Positions 10,711 through 24,100 of a stretch of 64,000 nucleotides of DNA are shown here, piece after piece. Both the position numbers and the translations under genes were made by a program. This stretch comes from Curvularia clavata (Eukaryota), in the NCBI GenBank assembly GCA_023920165.1, contig CP089275.1:5642001-5706000 (forward strand), given 5' to 3'. Position 1 is the first letter of the stretch. Every line of letters starts with the position of its first letter. The notes beneath the pieces are model-generated. The model was not told the DNA's origin. It saw only the letters and a list, made by a program, of their open reading frames with translations, and made no database searches.

Positions 10711-12555
10711 ATGTCCGGTGCTCGCCCCCTACTGTCGAATCGCGCGTCGTCTGATATCAGCGGCGGTCGCGACATTGCAGAAGAAGATGCTCTGCTCACC
10801 GGCCGCCCGACAAGACACACAGAGAAGAGGCTCTCGCAGTCGCAGAAATGGAGGGAAGTAGGACTGTTTGTCTGGGCCGTGGTCGCTACAGGTGCTGTCG
10901 TGGTGCTCGGTATTCTGTTGCAGAGCTCGAGCACCGACTCCAACACTCCCCACCCAAATGGCAAGAGGAACCTCATCTTCATGGTCTCTGATGGCATGGG
11001 CCCTACCTCGCTGTCACTCACACGATCCTTCATGCAGTTCCAGAATGGCGCTCCTTTCAGTGAACAGCTCGTTATCGACCAACACCTCATCGGCCAGTCA
11101 CGAACACGGTCCGCTTCCTCGCTCATCACCGACTCGGCCGCTGGTGCAACGGCCTTCTCTTGTGCGCAGAAGAGCTACAACGGCGCCATCTCCGTGACAC
11201 CGGACCACGAGCCATGCGGTACCGTCTTGGAGGCGGCCAAGAAGGCGGGATATATGACGGGTTTGGTAGTCACAACCCGCATCACCGATGCCACACCGGC
11301 GTGCTTTGCCGCCCATGTCAACATGAGATCTGAGGAGGACCGCATTGCCGAGCAGATGGTGGGAGACTATCCGCTTGGACGTGTGGTTGACCTCATGTTT
11401 GGTGGTGGCCGCTGCCACTTTCTCCCCAATTCTACCGGTGATTCGAGCTGTCGCGCCGATGACAGGGACATTGTCGGGCTGGCCAAGAAGAACGGCTTCA
11501 ATTATGTCTCAGACCGTGCTGGCTTCGATAAACTCAAGGGAGGAGCTGCGCTCGACATGCCCATGCTGGGACTCTTTGCTCCCACGGACATTCCGTACGA
11601 GATTGACCGCCGCAACGAGAACGACGTCTACCCGAGCCTCCACGAGATGGCCGAGGCAGCCATGAAGGCACTCAGCGATGCGACCAGGAACAGCGACAAA
11701 GGATTCTTCCTCATGATTGAGGGATCCAGGATTGACCACGCTGGTCACCACAATGACCCTGCTGCCCAGGTCCACGAGGTCCTCGCATACGACAAGACTT
11801 TTAACAGCGTGCTCGACTTCATAAAGAACGAGAAGACGCAGACCGTCATGGTGTCAACATCTGACCACGAAACCGGCGGTCTGGCTGTAGCTCGACGTAC
11901 GTCCATTCTTATATTGTTAAAGAGACTAATACTAACATGTCCAACAGAACTCCACTCCGAATACCCCGAATACGTCTGGTACCCCTCGCCTCTTGCTAAC
12001 GCCTCCCACTCTGCCGAACACCTCGCTCTCGCCTACAACACATACCTCGCAACGAACCCCTCGGCCGACGAAACCGCTGAATTTGTCCGCAAGTCCATCG
12101 CCACCGGTCTGGGCATCCACGACTCTACCTCTGATGAGGTCACCAAGCTCGTCAAGGAGCCCGCAACCGCACTCTACCAATATGCGGATATGATTTCGCG
12201 CCGTGCCCAAACCGGCTGGTCGACTCACGGCCACAGCGCCGCGGACGTGAACATCTACACGTCTGATCCTGAAGCTGCACAAGCGCTCAAGGGAAACCAC
12301 GAAAATACCGAGGTCGGAGACTTCCTGAGGAATTACCTCGATGTCGATGTCGAGGCTGTGACCAAGGAGCTCAGGGAGAAGGGCAAGGGATTGAAGGTCC
12401 AGGGTGTCAATGGAGTAGAGGTCAGCTGGATGGGCAAGGTGCCAGATGCAGGCGAGAGGCTGGATGGACAGACCCATCTAGCGAGTTATTCCGGCGACTT
12501 TAAGAAGAGGGATGGCGGTGTCGTGCATGGGGAGGGATGTGGATGTGGACATTGA
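10711..12555 (+). CDS. PHO8: Repressible vacuolar-type alkaline phosphatase (type II membrane protein)
   Basis: N-terminal TM anchor, 'NLIFMVSDGMG', active-site 'TDSAAGAT', 'EGSRIDHAGH', 'SDHETGG', 'THGHSAADV'. One 51-nt in-frame intron at 11897-11947. Confidence 0.92.
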   Translation: MSGARPLLSNRASSDISGGRDIAEEDALLTGRPTRHTEKRLSQSQKWREVGLFVWAVVATGAVVVLGILLQSSSTDSNTPHPNGKRNLIFMVSDGMGPTSLSLTRSFMQFQNGAPFSEQLVIDQHLIGQSRTRSASSLITDSAAGATAFSCAQKSYNGAISVTPDHEPCGTVLEAAKKAGYMTGLVVTTRITDATPACFAAHVNMRSEEDRIAEQMVGDYPLGRVVDLMFGGGRCHFLPNSTGDSSCRADDRDIVGLAKKNGFNYVSDRAGFDKLKGGAALDMPMLGLFAPTDIPYEIDRRNENDVYPSLHEMAEAAMKALSDATRNSDKGFFLMIEGSRIDHAGHHNDPAAQVHEVLAYDKTFNSVLDFIKNEKTQTVMVSTSDHETGGLAVARRTSILILLKRLILTCPTELHSEYPEYVWYPSPLANASHSAEHLALAYNTYLATNPSADETAEFVRKSIATGLGIHDSTSDEVTKLVKEPATALYQYADMISRRAQTGWSTHGHSAADVNIYTSDPEAAQALKGNHENTEVGDFLRNYLDVDVEAVTKELREKGKGLKVQGVNGVEVSWMGKVPDAGERLDGQTHLASYSGDFKKRDGGVVHGEGCGCGH

Positions 12556-13618
12556 ACTTTTTTTTTCGTTTCGATGATCTGACTTGAGCGTTTGTTATGT
12601 CGATTTTTCACTCTGCAAGGGCTATCCATCTTCAATGTTTTTCATGGTCTTCAGCATCTTCGTCACGTTTGGTTTTTGGGGATATGCGAATAGAATAATT
12701 CGATTTATGCTCATTTTCTTATTGCATTTCTCTACTTAGAAGAAACTGTCAATTAGTTGAATACTTTGCATTTGCTTTTATTTGCGCAGGTTTATCGTAT
12801 TCTTGCCAATACCCTACACTACACAGTAGCGTTTTTTTTTTCGCTGCTCTACTCTCTACTTATTCCTTTCAATCACTAAACTTTCCTTTATACGATGAGT
12901 AGACAAGAAAGATAAATAAATTTATTCATTCCTACCTGAATGAATCAGACGAATAGATTCGTGCATTTGTAACGACTTTTTCCAAGTCGGTTGGATTTTT
13001 TTATTTTTGTTTTTGGTTCGTAGTATAAAAATGTAGAAACTGAAAAATAATTTGCCCCGGCCGACACAACTTATGTTTCTGCTGCAAACTTCTCAATTTC
13101 ACAGGTTGACCACTATCTATAGTATAAAATAATTATGCCTCTAATAAACATGCGTGGGAATCACGATAGGTGTAAGTATCGTATGTGATGCGCGCTCTGC
13201 AAGGAACCGCATCAACATCTGCACGTCGCATACCGAGGTTGCTGGCAGCACAGCTCACTACTGGCTCACGAATGATTCAAAGAAAGAGCACAGTTGCAGA
13301 AGAAATAAAAAAATCCTATTACTATAAAAATGTGTTGATACTTCCAGCCACACATCAACAAATGCCAGAACACAAAAAGTCGTGATGCTACCAAACAGAC
13401 AACTTTGACAATGACTTTCCCACAGAAACGCCTCGCTAAAAAGTAACAATCATCCAGACATGACTCAACATGCAATGGACATCGCGCCCAGCGACTCCGC
13501 CAAGGATATTCCCTCCCAGCAACTCATAGGAAAATATCTGAATCATGGGTGTTAACAATAATAATTTAACAACCCCGTCTATTGACGGACTCAACCCGAT
13601 ATTAAGCTAGGCTTAGAA

Positions 13619-16052
13619 CTAAACACCAAAATCATTACCAAACGTCCCACTGCCATATGTCCAATCCGGCTGCGTATCCAGGAGCCAGGAGACGGAATCA
13701 AACATCTCGAAGCTATTGGCACTAGCCATGCCATTTGTGAGTTGAAGGGGCATACTGAGTGTATTGATGTGGGGGTTGAAGTTTGCAAGGGTATGTGCTG
13801 GATTGTCAGCTACAAGACCGGAAGGTGGTGTGGAACCGCCCGAGTCTGGGTTTGTAGGGTTCGTAGTGACGGTTTGTTCGAGTTGTTCTGCAGCGCCATT
13901 TACCTGGGCCTCGCGCCAGCGCCACGCGCAGTCAAATACTACGCTCATGCTCATTCGGCTTCGGATAATGAGGCCGAGAGGATCGTCTAGCAGAGTGGCG
14001 CTGCTTCTTCTTTGTTCTTGCTGTTGCTGCTGTCGCTGGTTGTGGTGGTTGAACATGCTGTTGTTCACTCCCGCGTTGCTAAGGGATGGCGATTGCGACA
14101 TACTATGCAGGCTGCGTCCTCGGGAGCTTTCCTTCCAGAGCTGCGCCAGTACTTCCGCGAACCGATCCAGAAGGTCGTTGGGCCAGACCTTGGCTTTCCT
14201 CAACGCGTCCACAGTTTGTAGTACGAATTGTCGGCCCTTTTCCACGGGCAGTTTACTGGCAAAGTCGGAGTTGAGGAGTTTGAGAAGCGCGAATCCAGCA
14301 GCCAGAGCCATCTGCATGACGTAATATGGTACGTAGGGTAGCTTCCCATCGCTCTGTAGCTTGAAGACCCGCTCAAGGTAAGCTGTCGCGGCAAAATACA
14401 AGGCGACAAGGTCATCACGCCGCTCCAGTCGGGATTCCGCACTAAAGAAAGAATAAAGATGAAGGTGTAGTGAGACAGCATGGTGATATAGGGCTTCCAA
14501 GTCTATCGCGTGTTAACCAGACGAAGCTGGATCAAACAGGTGGAACAAACTTACCACTATCTACGCCATCCAGAGAGCTGTTATCCTCTCTGACGCGCTC
14601 CTCTTTCAGGCGATCGGCTTCAAGGCTCATGTAGCTGATGGCAGCACCTTCAGCGAATCGACGGTTGTTCACCGAATACAGTAGCTTGTTTATTCTGCTC
14701 GCTGCCATTTCTTGGCGAAGTCGAACGAACAGTGTTGGCGGTATGATGCGCATATGCTCCTCGTCGTCTACCCGGAAATCAAGAGTGGAATCGTAAAGTG
14801 TAATGGAAGGTTGTCCATTTCCTGTCGATACCCTATAAATTGTTAGCCCTGATCCTAAAAACCGAGAAAGGGTGGCTTTACGTTTGAGCTACGATATTGC
14901 AGACTGCCCATGTCCTTAAACGATCGTGTATATCCTCTTGCCGCAAGCGCATCTTTGTCCGAGAAAAGTCGTCTGGGTGAGTTGGCTGGTGAAGGCCTAT
15001 TTGCATGGCGACCTGCATCATGGCACCACACAGGATGAAGGTTGGGTCCGTTACTGTTCGCTCTGCCGGCAGAGGCCAGGTACAAAGAAGACAAAGGGCC
15101 TTGACAACGTGATGGTTCGGCTGATTCCTTATTGAGTCCCATAATAGATCACTGAGTGGTTTGGCAAGTTCTTTAAGGAGGGAGGGCCGAGCTGCGTAGC
15201 GCCGCGCAGCCACAGCGATAATTGCCCAGAACAACAGCTTGTGATCCTGGGAATAGTACTCGTCGGGCGATCGCACCTGGTCCAGAAACGGTAAAAATGG
15301 GTGATATAACTGGAAATACTCGGTGAACAAGTCGTTGACCTCGCTATGCCCAAGCCGCACTTCGCCAGCGCCGAGTGAAAAGAACATTGGAGAACCACTG
15401 CGCAAGTCCAGCAGCGATGTCGCTGCTACTTGCGTGTGTTGTGTTTGTAGAAAGGCATCGTCCTCGACCTTGGGTATTGGGCCAGGAGTGAAGCTGTGGC
15501 TATTTGACGACTGCTGCGGAGCTTTGACGACTGGCTGGCTGGATGCAGACTGGCCCTCGTACATGGCGAGCCTCTCGCGCAAGTACTCCATTTCCTTCTC
15601 CATCTCAGCATTGCGGTTGCGCTTTCCTATGCGCTTGAAGTTGGGCTCGATCACGCATCGTAGATTTTGCTTCTGGCACCGGGCGCAGCTAACGAAAGGA
15701 TCTTGCTGGACGTTGCATTTGAGCTGCCAGAAAAATTCAACGTCAGCCGCAAGAACAAGAATAAGGAGAACAGGAGGGCTCTGGCGTGCACCGCTTCGTA
15801 TCCGTCGCCGGCCTCTGCATTCCCTTGGCTTACCTTTTGTTGGCGACACTCGTTGCATGCGCGCTTCACGGCGGTATTGCGCCGCGACGATGAGGACGGG
15901 CGCGCTTCTCCGTCGCCATTTTCTTCGTCGTCGCTGGATGCCGATCGCTTGAATCCGCGCGCATTTGTGCTGTTGGGGCTGGCGAAAGGGTGCGGAAGGC
16001 CTTGGAGTCCCGGTGTCGTCGGGGACATGGAATGCATCATATTGCTCGACAT
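13619..16052 (-). CDS. LEU3: Zn2Cys6 transcription factor, Leu3/LeuB-like
   Basis: Introns 15724-15833, 14833-14881 and 14503-14554 restore the zinc cluster 'KRACNECRQQKLKCNVQQDPFVSCARCQKQNLRCVIEPNFKRIGKRNRN', which closely resembles Leu3/LeuB. A fungal TF domain and an acidic C-terminal tail follow. Orthology is by recalled similarity only. Confidence 0.75.
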
Positions 16053-16519
16053 GGGCGACCGATATCGCAGGCAAGTTAGGGTGTCGAGGTGAGTGCAAGT
16101 GGGGGTCGCACTGGTTGTGTGTCCGAGGCCGCCAGCGCAAAATGTCACCTCAACCCGGGGCGCCAAAAGTCTGACTCCAACACGGCGGAAGACACGCTCG
16201 AGTTCCCGCGTCCTCCGCAATCCCAAGGAGTTCTACGCTCTAAGCTTCTTATGCAGGCATCCACCCGCCCGTCGCTCACGAGCCCTGACAAGCTTCTACA
16301 CGAACGCCTCGACGTCGCCAATCATAGCTTGGGACCCACGCTCGAGTCGTGGCTCATCAGCCTGAATAGTACTGGTTAATTGCACCATGGCTCTTCCCTT
16401 GCCGGCCCGGTCTATTTGTTTCTCAGTCATAATCAAAGTGTTTTCATCGATACGCAAGAGATGATGCAAGTCATGTCTATCGGCACCCAGACCATGGCAC
16501 GCGGTATAGCTATACGGAA

Positions 16520-16548
16520 AAATAATAACAATAATAATAACAATAATC
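16520..16548. repeat. Imperfect (AAT/AAC)n microsatellite
   Basis: aataataacaataataataacaataat upstream of the Leu3-like gene. Confidence 0.8.
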
Positions 16549-16926
16549 CAAGGGATCATCGTCGAAGCACATGCTGATATTAGGTTGCAGTAAACTGTAT
16601 CCTTGAGCGCTGCACTGGCGCAAGAGCATCTGAACAAACAAAGAAGCTTCAGGCGCGATGCGGTTTGCATTGGAATACGGCATCTGGGCAAGCTCACACG
16701 CCACTGAGCCCTCACACTGGCATCACACTACAGCTTCCTTTGGAAAAGTCGTATCGTAGCTTGTGGATGTATTCGTGATCCTACTCAGCTACATCCTGGC
16801 CGAGTGGCACAGAAATCTTCTTGATATCGTAAAAGCCGACCGAACCAGGAGACTGCCCATAATGCACGTAAACACCGTTGACCCAGTTTTTGACATGCTA
16901 AACCCCTTCATTCTACACGCAACCGC

Positions 16927-17414
16927 TTAACGCTTCTTTTGCTGGGACTCCTTGAGCACCTTCTTGACAACCTTCTGCTCCTCGATCAGGAAAGCACGGA
17001 CAATGCGGTCCTGGACGCAGTTGGCGCATCGCGATCCACCGTAGGCGCGCTGGACGGTCTTCTTGGGGCGGGAAACTTGGGCGTACTCGCGGGGGCGGAG
17101 GGCGGGAACACCCTGGAGCTTGGTACCGCAGTCCTAGCAATCGTCAACAGCACGTCCCCAACGCCGTGTCCATTTCAACTTACACCGCACTTGGGGGCAG
17201 TTCCCCTCTTCTTGATGTGCAGGTAACGGAGCTCACCACCGGGAGTCTTGATGATGCGGACCTTCTGGCTCTTGGTGTTGTATGGCGCACGTCGCCTCTG
17301 CCCATTGTCAGCCTCAAATCCCAAATTTTCTTTTTCTCCAATGCTCTCTCAATCGCCAGGTCCAGCTCTCGAGATTGCGGTGCGACGTACGTAGGTGAGT
17401 CTGTTGGAAGGCAT
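16927..17414 (-). CDS. RPL34: 60S ribosomal protein eL34, 3 exons
   Basis: Introns 17298-17390 and 17134-17183. Spliced product [114 protein letters not shown]. Confidence 0.95.
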
Positions 17415-18161
17415 CGTGATAGATTTCCCGGGGAGTCAGTGGGTAATTGTCTGCAGCTGTGTGAGCGTTTTCGTTGCGGAAGTGGCGTGGCGCGTCGTCA
17501 AAAGTCGTACCTGAGTCTAGAGAAAGGATTAGTATCGAAGAAAAATTCGGGCAGCACGACGTCGATGCAACTTACCACTGGGGTGCTGTGTCGTTAGTGA
17601 GGTCGTCGAGGGATCAAAATTCAGGTGTTCTGCAATTCTCGCTTACCGCAACCTGGCGCTAGCGGGCTAGGCACAAGCTAGCGTGCGGCGACCCACTTGC
17701 TCGGTCACGTGCCATCGCTGCTGTCTGCAGATGTCGCGAAGACAAAAGTTCATGCACGCCACTAGCGATCCATCTCCATCAACCTTCACCACACAACGCG
17801 CGGGGTTGTATCTCTGCATTGTGTGCGCCGCCACTCTTTCGACTTTTGGTCCATTGGAGGTTTTCGTTAAGCGTTCGCGCCGACGCGACTTTCACCTTCC
17901 TCGACCGCGGCGCTGTCCGCAAAGCTCAGGACGAGACTCCTAAGCTTGTCGCGACTACCTGCGCTGAGCCGACCCGCACAGTGCAGTACAGCACCAGGGC
18001 CGCTTTCTAAGCTTTCTAAAGTCAGGAAAGCCTCCGGTCCTACCGTTTTCTGTATTTGCCAGCCTTTCGCCTCCAAGGTTTACGGCGCAAACCTGCTCTA
18101 GTCGCGCTTCGAAGCTTTACCCGACGACGACACCCTTTCCTCCTCTTTCATAGTAATCAAC

Positions 18162-21100
18162 ATGGATTTCCCTCCGCCCCCTCCACCGCCGCCTCCGCCA
18201 GGTCCCCCACCTCCTGGCCCTCCAGGCTCCGAATATGCGCCACCACCACCCCCTCCGCCTCCACCAGGCCCTCCTGGAATGGCCGGGCCTCCTGGCATGC
18301 GCCCACCCGTCGACCCTCAAATCGCCAAATTTGCGCAGAAGAAGAAGGACTGGTTGAGGCAACAGCGTCAGAGGTTTGGCGAAAAGCGAAAAGCTGGATT
18401 TGTCGAGACGCAAAAGGCGGATCTTCCACCAGAGCACTTGCGCAAGGTCTTCAGGGATATTGGGGATGTATCTCAGAAGAAGTTCACTTCAGACAAGCGG
18501 AGCTACCTTGGTGCGCTAAAGTTCATGCCTCATGCTGTTCTGAAGCTCCTCGAGAACATGCCCATGCCCTGGGAGAGTAGACGTGATGTAAAAGTCCTCT
18601 ACCATACCAATGGGTGCTTGACTCTGGTGAATGAAGTGCCTCGTGTGATTGAGCCTGTGTTCCATGCGCAATGGGCCGCTATGTGGCTAGCCATGAGAAA
18701 AGAAAAGAGTGACCGACGACATTTCAAGCGAATGCGTTTCCCACCTTTCGACGACGAAGAACCACCACTGTCCTACTCAGAAAACATTGAAGATGTCGAG
18801 CCTCTTGAGCCCATCCAGTTGGAACTCGATGAGGATGAGGATAGCCCTGTGTATGAGTGGTTTTACGAGCACCGGCCACTCCTTGACACTCCACACGTGA
18901 ACGGACCCAGCTACGAGACCTGGAATCTGGACTTGCCTCAGATGGCGACTTTGTATCGTCTGAGTAAACAGCTTCTTAGTGATATTGTAGACAAGAACTA
19001 CTTTCACATGTTCGACCTAGACAGTTTCCAGACTGCTAAGGCGCTCAACGTCGCGATACCTGGAGGACCTCGTTTCGAACCTCTTTACAAGGATATTGAC
19101 CCGAATGACGAGGACTTTGGCGAGTTCAACGCGATCGACCGCATCATCTTCCGATCACCCATCCGCACGGAATACCGTGTATCATACCCATACCTCTACA
19201 ACTCGCTGCCACGCAGTGTCAAGCTGGCTTGGTACTCGTACCCGCAGGTTGTCTACGTTCGTGCAGAAGATCCGGATCTGCCAGCCTTCTATTTTGATCC
19301 CGGAATCAATCCCATCTCTTCCAGGGCGGTTGCTCCGAAGAACATCTCCGTGAGCCACGAAGACATGGTCTTTGGGGACGCTGATGAGGATGACGAGGAT
19401 GACTTCCAGATGCCCGAAGATATGGAGCCATTCATGGCCGACGAAGACATATCCACACCAGAGACTGCTTCAGCTATTGCACTCTGGTGGGCACCTCATC
19501 CCTTCGACAAGCGATCAGGCCGTATGGTTAGGGCACAAGACGTTCCTCTGGTGAAACAATGGTACCTCGAGCATGTGCCGGCAGGTCAGCCAGTAAAGGT
19601 CCGGGTCTCCTACCAAAAGTTGTTGAAGACATATGTCCTGAACGAGCTTCACAAGAAGCCACCTCAAGCACAGAACAAGCAAAACTTGATGAGGACATTG
19701 AAGGGCACCAAGTTCTTCCAGCAAACCAAGATTGACTGGGTCGAGGCTGGCTTGCAGGTGTGTCGCCAGGGTTACAACATGCTGAACCTGCTTATCCACC
19801 GCAAGAACTTGACTTACTTGCATCTTGATTACAACTTCAACCTGAAGCCAGTGAAGACTCTCACTACAAAAGAGCGAAAGAAGTCACGTTTCGGAAATGC
19901 CTTCCACTTGATGCGTGAGATCTTGAGGTTGACGAAACTCATCGTCGACGCCCAGGTGCAGTATCGCTTGGGCAACATTGACGCTTTCCAACTTGCCGAT
20001 GGTATCCTCTATGCTTTCAACCACGTTGGTCAGCTGACTGGTATGTACCGTTACAAGTACAAGTTGATGCACCAGATCCGGTCCTGCAAGGATCTGAAGC
20101 ACTTGATTTACTATCGATTCAACTCTGGACCTGTTGGTAAGGGCCCTGGATGTGGCTTCTGGGCTCCTGCCTGGAGGGTATGGCTGTTCTTCATGCGAGG
20201 TATCATCCCCCTGCTCGAGCGCTGGCTAGGCAACCTGCTTTCACGTCAGTTTGAGGGCAGACACAGCAAGGGTGTCGCGAAGACAGTTACCAAGCAACGT
20301 GTAGAGTCGCATTTCGACCTCGAACTTCGTGCCGCTGTCATGAGTGACCTCATGGACATGATGCCCGAAGGTATCAAGCAGAACAAGGTCAACACTGTTT
20401 TGCAACACTTGTCGGAAGCATGGCGCTGCTGGAAGAGCAATATCCCTTGGAAAGTTCCTGGCTTGCCCGCACCTATCGAGAATATCATTCTCCGTTACGT
20501 CAAGAGCAAGGCCGATTGGTGGATCTCAGTTGCCCACTACAACCGCGAACGTATCCGAAGAGGTGCCACTGTGGACAAGACTGTCGCTAAAAAGAACCTG
20601 GGACGATTGACCCGTCTGTGGCTCAAGGCCGAACAAGAGCGTCAGCACAACTATATGAAGGATGGTCCTTATGTCTCGTCCGAGGAGGCTGTTGCAATTT
20701 ACACCACCATGGTACATTGGCTGGAAGCCCGAAAGTTCCAACCGATTCCGTTCCCCAGTGTCTCATACAAACACGACACGAAGATTCTCATCCTCGCGCT
20801 CGAGCGTCTTAGGGAAGCCTACTCTGTTAAAGGCCGTCTCAACCAGAGCCAGCGTGAAGAATTGGCCCTCATCGAACAGGCATATGACTCCCCTGGAACA
20901 ACACTGGCCAGGATCAAACGCTTCTTGCTCACGCAGCGTGCGTTCAAGGAGGTTGGTATTGACATGAATGACAACTACAGCAGTATCAACCCCGTTTACG
21001 ACATCGAGCCAATGGAGAAGATCACCGACGCATACCTTGACCAATACCTGTGGTACCAAGCCGATCAGCGACACCTGTTCCAGGCTTGGATCAAGCCTTC

Positions 21101-24100
21101 AGATTCCGAAGTCCCGCCTCTCTTGACATACAAATGGGCGCAAGGAATTAACAACCTTGACCAGGTCTGGGAGACCAAGGATGGTGAATGCAACGTCATG
21201 ATTGAGACCCAGCTTTCAAAGGTCTACGAGAAGATTGATCTGACCATGCTTAATCGACTCTTGCGTCTTATCATGGACCACAACCTTGCCGACTACATCA
21301 CAGCTAAGAACAACGTTCAGCTCAACTACAAGGATATGAACCACGTCAATGCCTATGGTATGATCCGTGGTCTGCAGTTCTCCGGCTTCGTCTTCCAGTA
21401 CTACGGTCTTGTCCTGGATATCTTGCTGTTGGGTCTGCAGCGCGCCAACGAGATTGCTGGCGCCCCCGAGAGCCCTAACGATTTCTTGCAGTTCAAGGAT
21501 AGAGAGACTGAGGTCCGCCACCCCATTCGACTCTACACAAGGTACATCGACCGCATCTGGGTCTTCTTCAGGTTCACTGCCGAGGAGTCGCGAGACTTGA
21601 TTCAGCGGTTCCTGACTGAGAACCCTGATCCTAACTTCGAGAACGTCATCGGGTACAAGAACAAGAAGTGCTGGCCGCGCGATTCTAGGATGCGACTGAT
21701 GCGCCACGATGTCAACCTTGGCCGTGCTGTCTTCTGGGATCTCAAGAACCGACTGCCACGATCTGTCACAACAATTGAGTGGGACGACACATTTGCCAGC
21801 GTCTACAGCCGAGACAACCCCAACCTGCTCTTTTCAATGAACGGTTTCGAAGTGCGCATCCTGCCCAAGATCCGAAACCTGACTGGCGAGTTCCCAGTCA
21901 AGGACAGTGTTTGGTCGCTTGTCGACAACTCTACGAAGGAGCGCACGGCGGATGCCTTCCTGCAAGTTACAGAGGAGGACATTCAGAAATTCAACAACCG
22001 CATCCGACAGATCTTGATGTCTTCTGGATCTACCACTTTCACAAAGATCGCTAACAAGTGGAACACGACTCTCATCGCGCTGTTCACGTATTACCGTGAG
22101 GCTGCAGTGTCAACAGTCAACTTGCTCGATACTATCGTCAAGTGCGAAACCAAGATCCAGACGCGTGTGAAGATCGGATTGAACTCAAAGATGCCGTCTC
22201 GTTTCCCTCCCGCGGTGTTCTACACGCCCAAGGAGCTTGGTGGTTTGGGTATGATATCTGGGTCGCACATTCTCATTCCGACAAGCGACAAGCGATGGTC
22301 CAAACAAACCGATACTGGAGTCACCCATTATCGTGCTGGTATGTCGCATGACGAAGAGACACTGATTCCCAATATCTTCCGCTACATTATTCCATGGGAG
22401 TCGGAGTTCGTCGACTCACAGCGTGTGTGGATGGAGTACTCGCAGAAGCGCCAAGAGGCACAACAACAAAACCGACGACTGACTCTTGAAGATCTGGAAG
22501 ACAGCTGGGACCGTGGTCTGCCTCGTATCAACACGCTGTTCCAGAAGGATCGTAGTACGCTCAGTTTTGACAAGGGTTTCCGAGCACGAACTGAATTCAA
22601 GATCTACCAACACATGAAGAGCAACCCCTTCTGGTGGACAAGTCAACGACACGATGGAAAGCTTTGGAACCTCAACTCGTACAGAACGGATGTGATACAG
22701 GCGTTGGGAGGTGTAGAGACGATTTTGGAGCATACACTCTTCAAGGCGACCGCATTTCCATCATGGGAAGGCCTCTTTTGGGAGAAGGCCAGTGGCTTCG
22801 AGGAATCGATGAAATTCAAGAAGCTCACGAATGCCCAAAGATCCGGTTTGAATCAAATTCCCAACCGCCGCTTCACATTGTGGTGGTCTCCTACTATCAA
22901 CCGTGCAAACGTCTATGTAGGATTCCAAGTACAACTGGATCTTACGGGTATCTTCTTGCACGGTAAGATTCCTACTCTCAAGATCTCGCTCATCCAGATC
23001 TTCCGAGCGCATTTGTGGCAGAAGATTCACGAGTCGGTTGTCATGGATCTGTGCCAAGTCTTCGATCAGGAACTTGAGGCGCTTGGCATCGAAACAGTTC
23101 AGAAAGAGACTATTCATCCTCGTAAATCATACAAGATGAATAGTTCCTGCGCGGATATTCTGCTTTTTGCTAGTCACAAGTGGAGTGTTTCCCCGCCGTC
23201 GATGCTATACGACACCAAAGATACGATGTCTGCGACAACTACAAACAAGTTTTGGCTCGATGTTCAGTTGCGCTATGGCGACTACGACTCACACGACATT
23301 GAACGATATGTACGCGCAAAGTACCTCGACTACACTCAAGACAGTATGAGTATCTACCCATCCGCGACTGGTCTCATGATTGGTATTGATCTGGCATACA
23401 ACCTCTACTCTGCATATGGACAGTACTTCCCTGGTCTCAAGCAGCTCATCCAACAAGCGATGGCCAAGATCATGAAGGCTAACCCCGCTCTCTATGTTCT
23501 CCGTGAGCGTATCAGGAAGGGTCTTCAGTTGTACGCTTCGGAAAGCTCTCAGGAATTCCTCAACTCTCAGAATTACTCGGAATTGTTCAGCAACCAGATC
23601 CAACTGTTCATCGACGATACCAACGTGTACCGCGTTACGATCCACAAGACTTTTGAGGGTAACTTGACAACCAAGCCCATCAACGGTGCGATCTTCATCT
23701 TCAACCCGCGCACTGGTCAACTCTTCTTGAAGATCATCCACACGAGTGTATGGGCCGGTCAGAAGCGTCTTGGTCAGTTGGCCAAGTGGAAGACTGCCGA
23801 AGAAGTGGCGGCCCTCATCCGATCGCTGCCAGTTGAGGAACAGCCGAAGCAACTGATTGTTACTCGCAAGGGTCTGCTTGATCCTCTCGAAGTTCACTTG
23901 CTTGATTTCCCCAATATCTCCATTCGCGCCTCAGAGCTGCAGTTGCCTTTCCAGGCTGCAATGAAGGTAGAGAAGCTTGGTGATATGATTCTCAGAGCTA
24001 CCGGACCTCAAATGGTGCTCTTCAACTTGTATGATGAGTGGCTGAAGACAATTTCGTCATACACCGCTTTCTCGAGGTTGATTTTGATTCTGCGCGCGCT

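Noticed and set aside
12556..13180. AT/T-rich stretch between PHO8 and the Leu3-like gene
   Set aside because: Consistent with convergent 3' UTR/terminator sequence; no TIR/LTR, tRNA or snRNA signature recognised.
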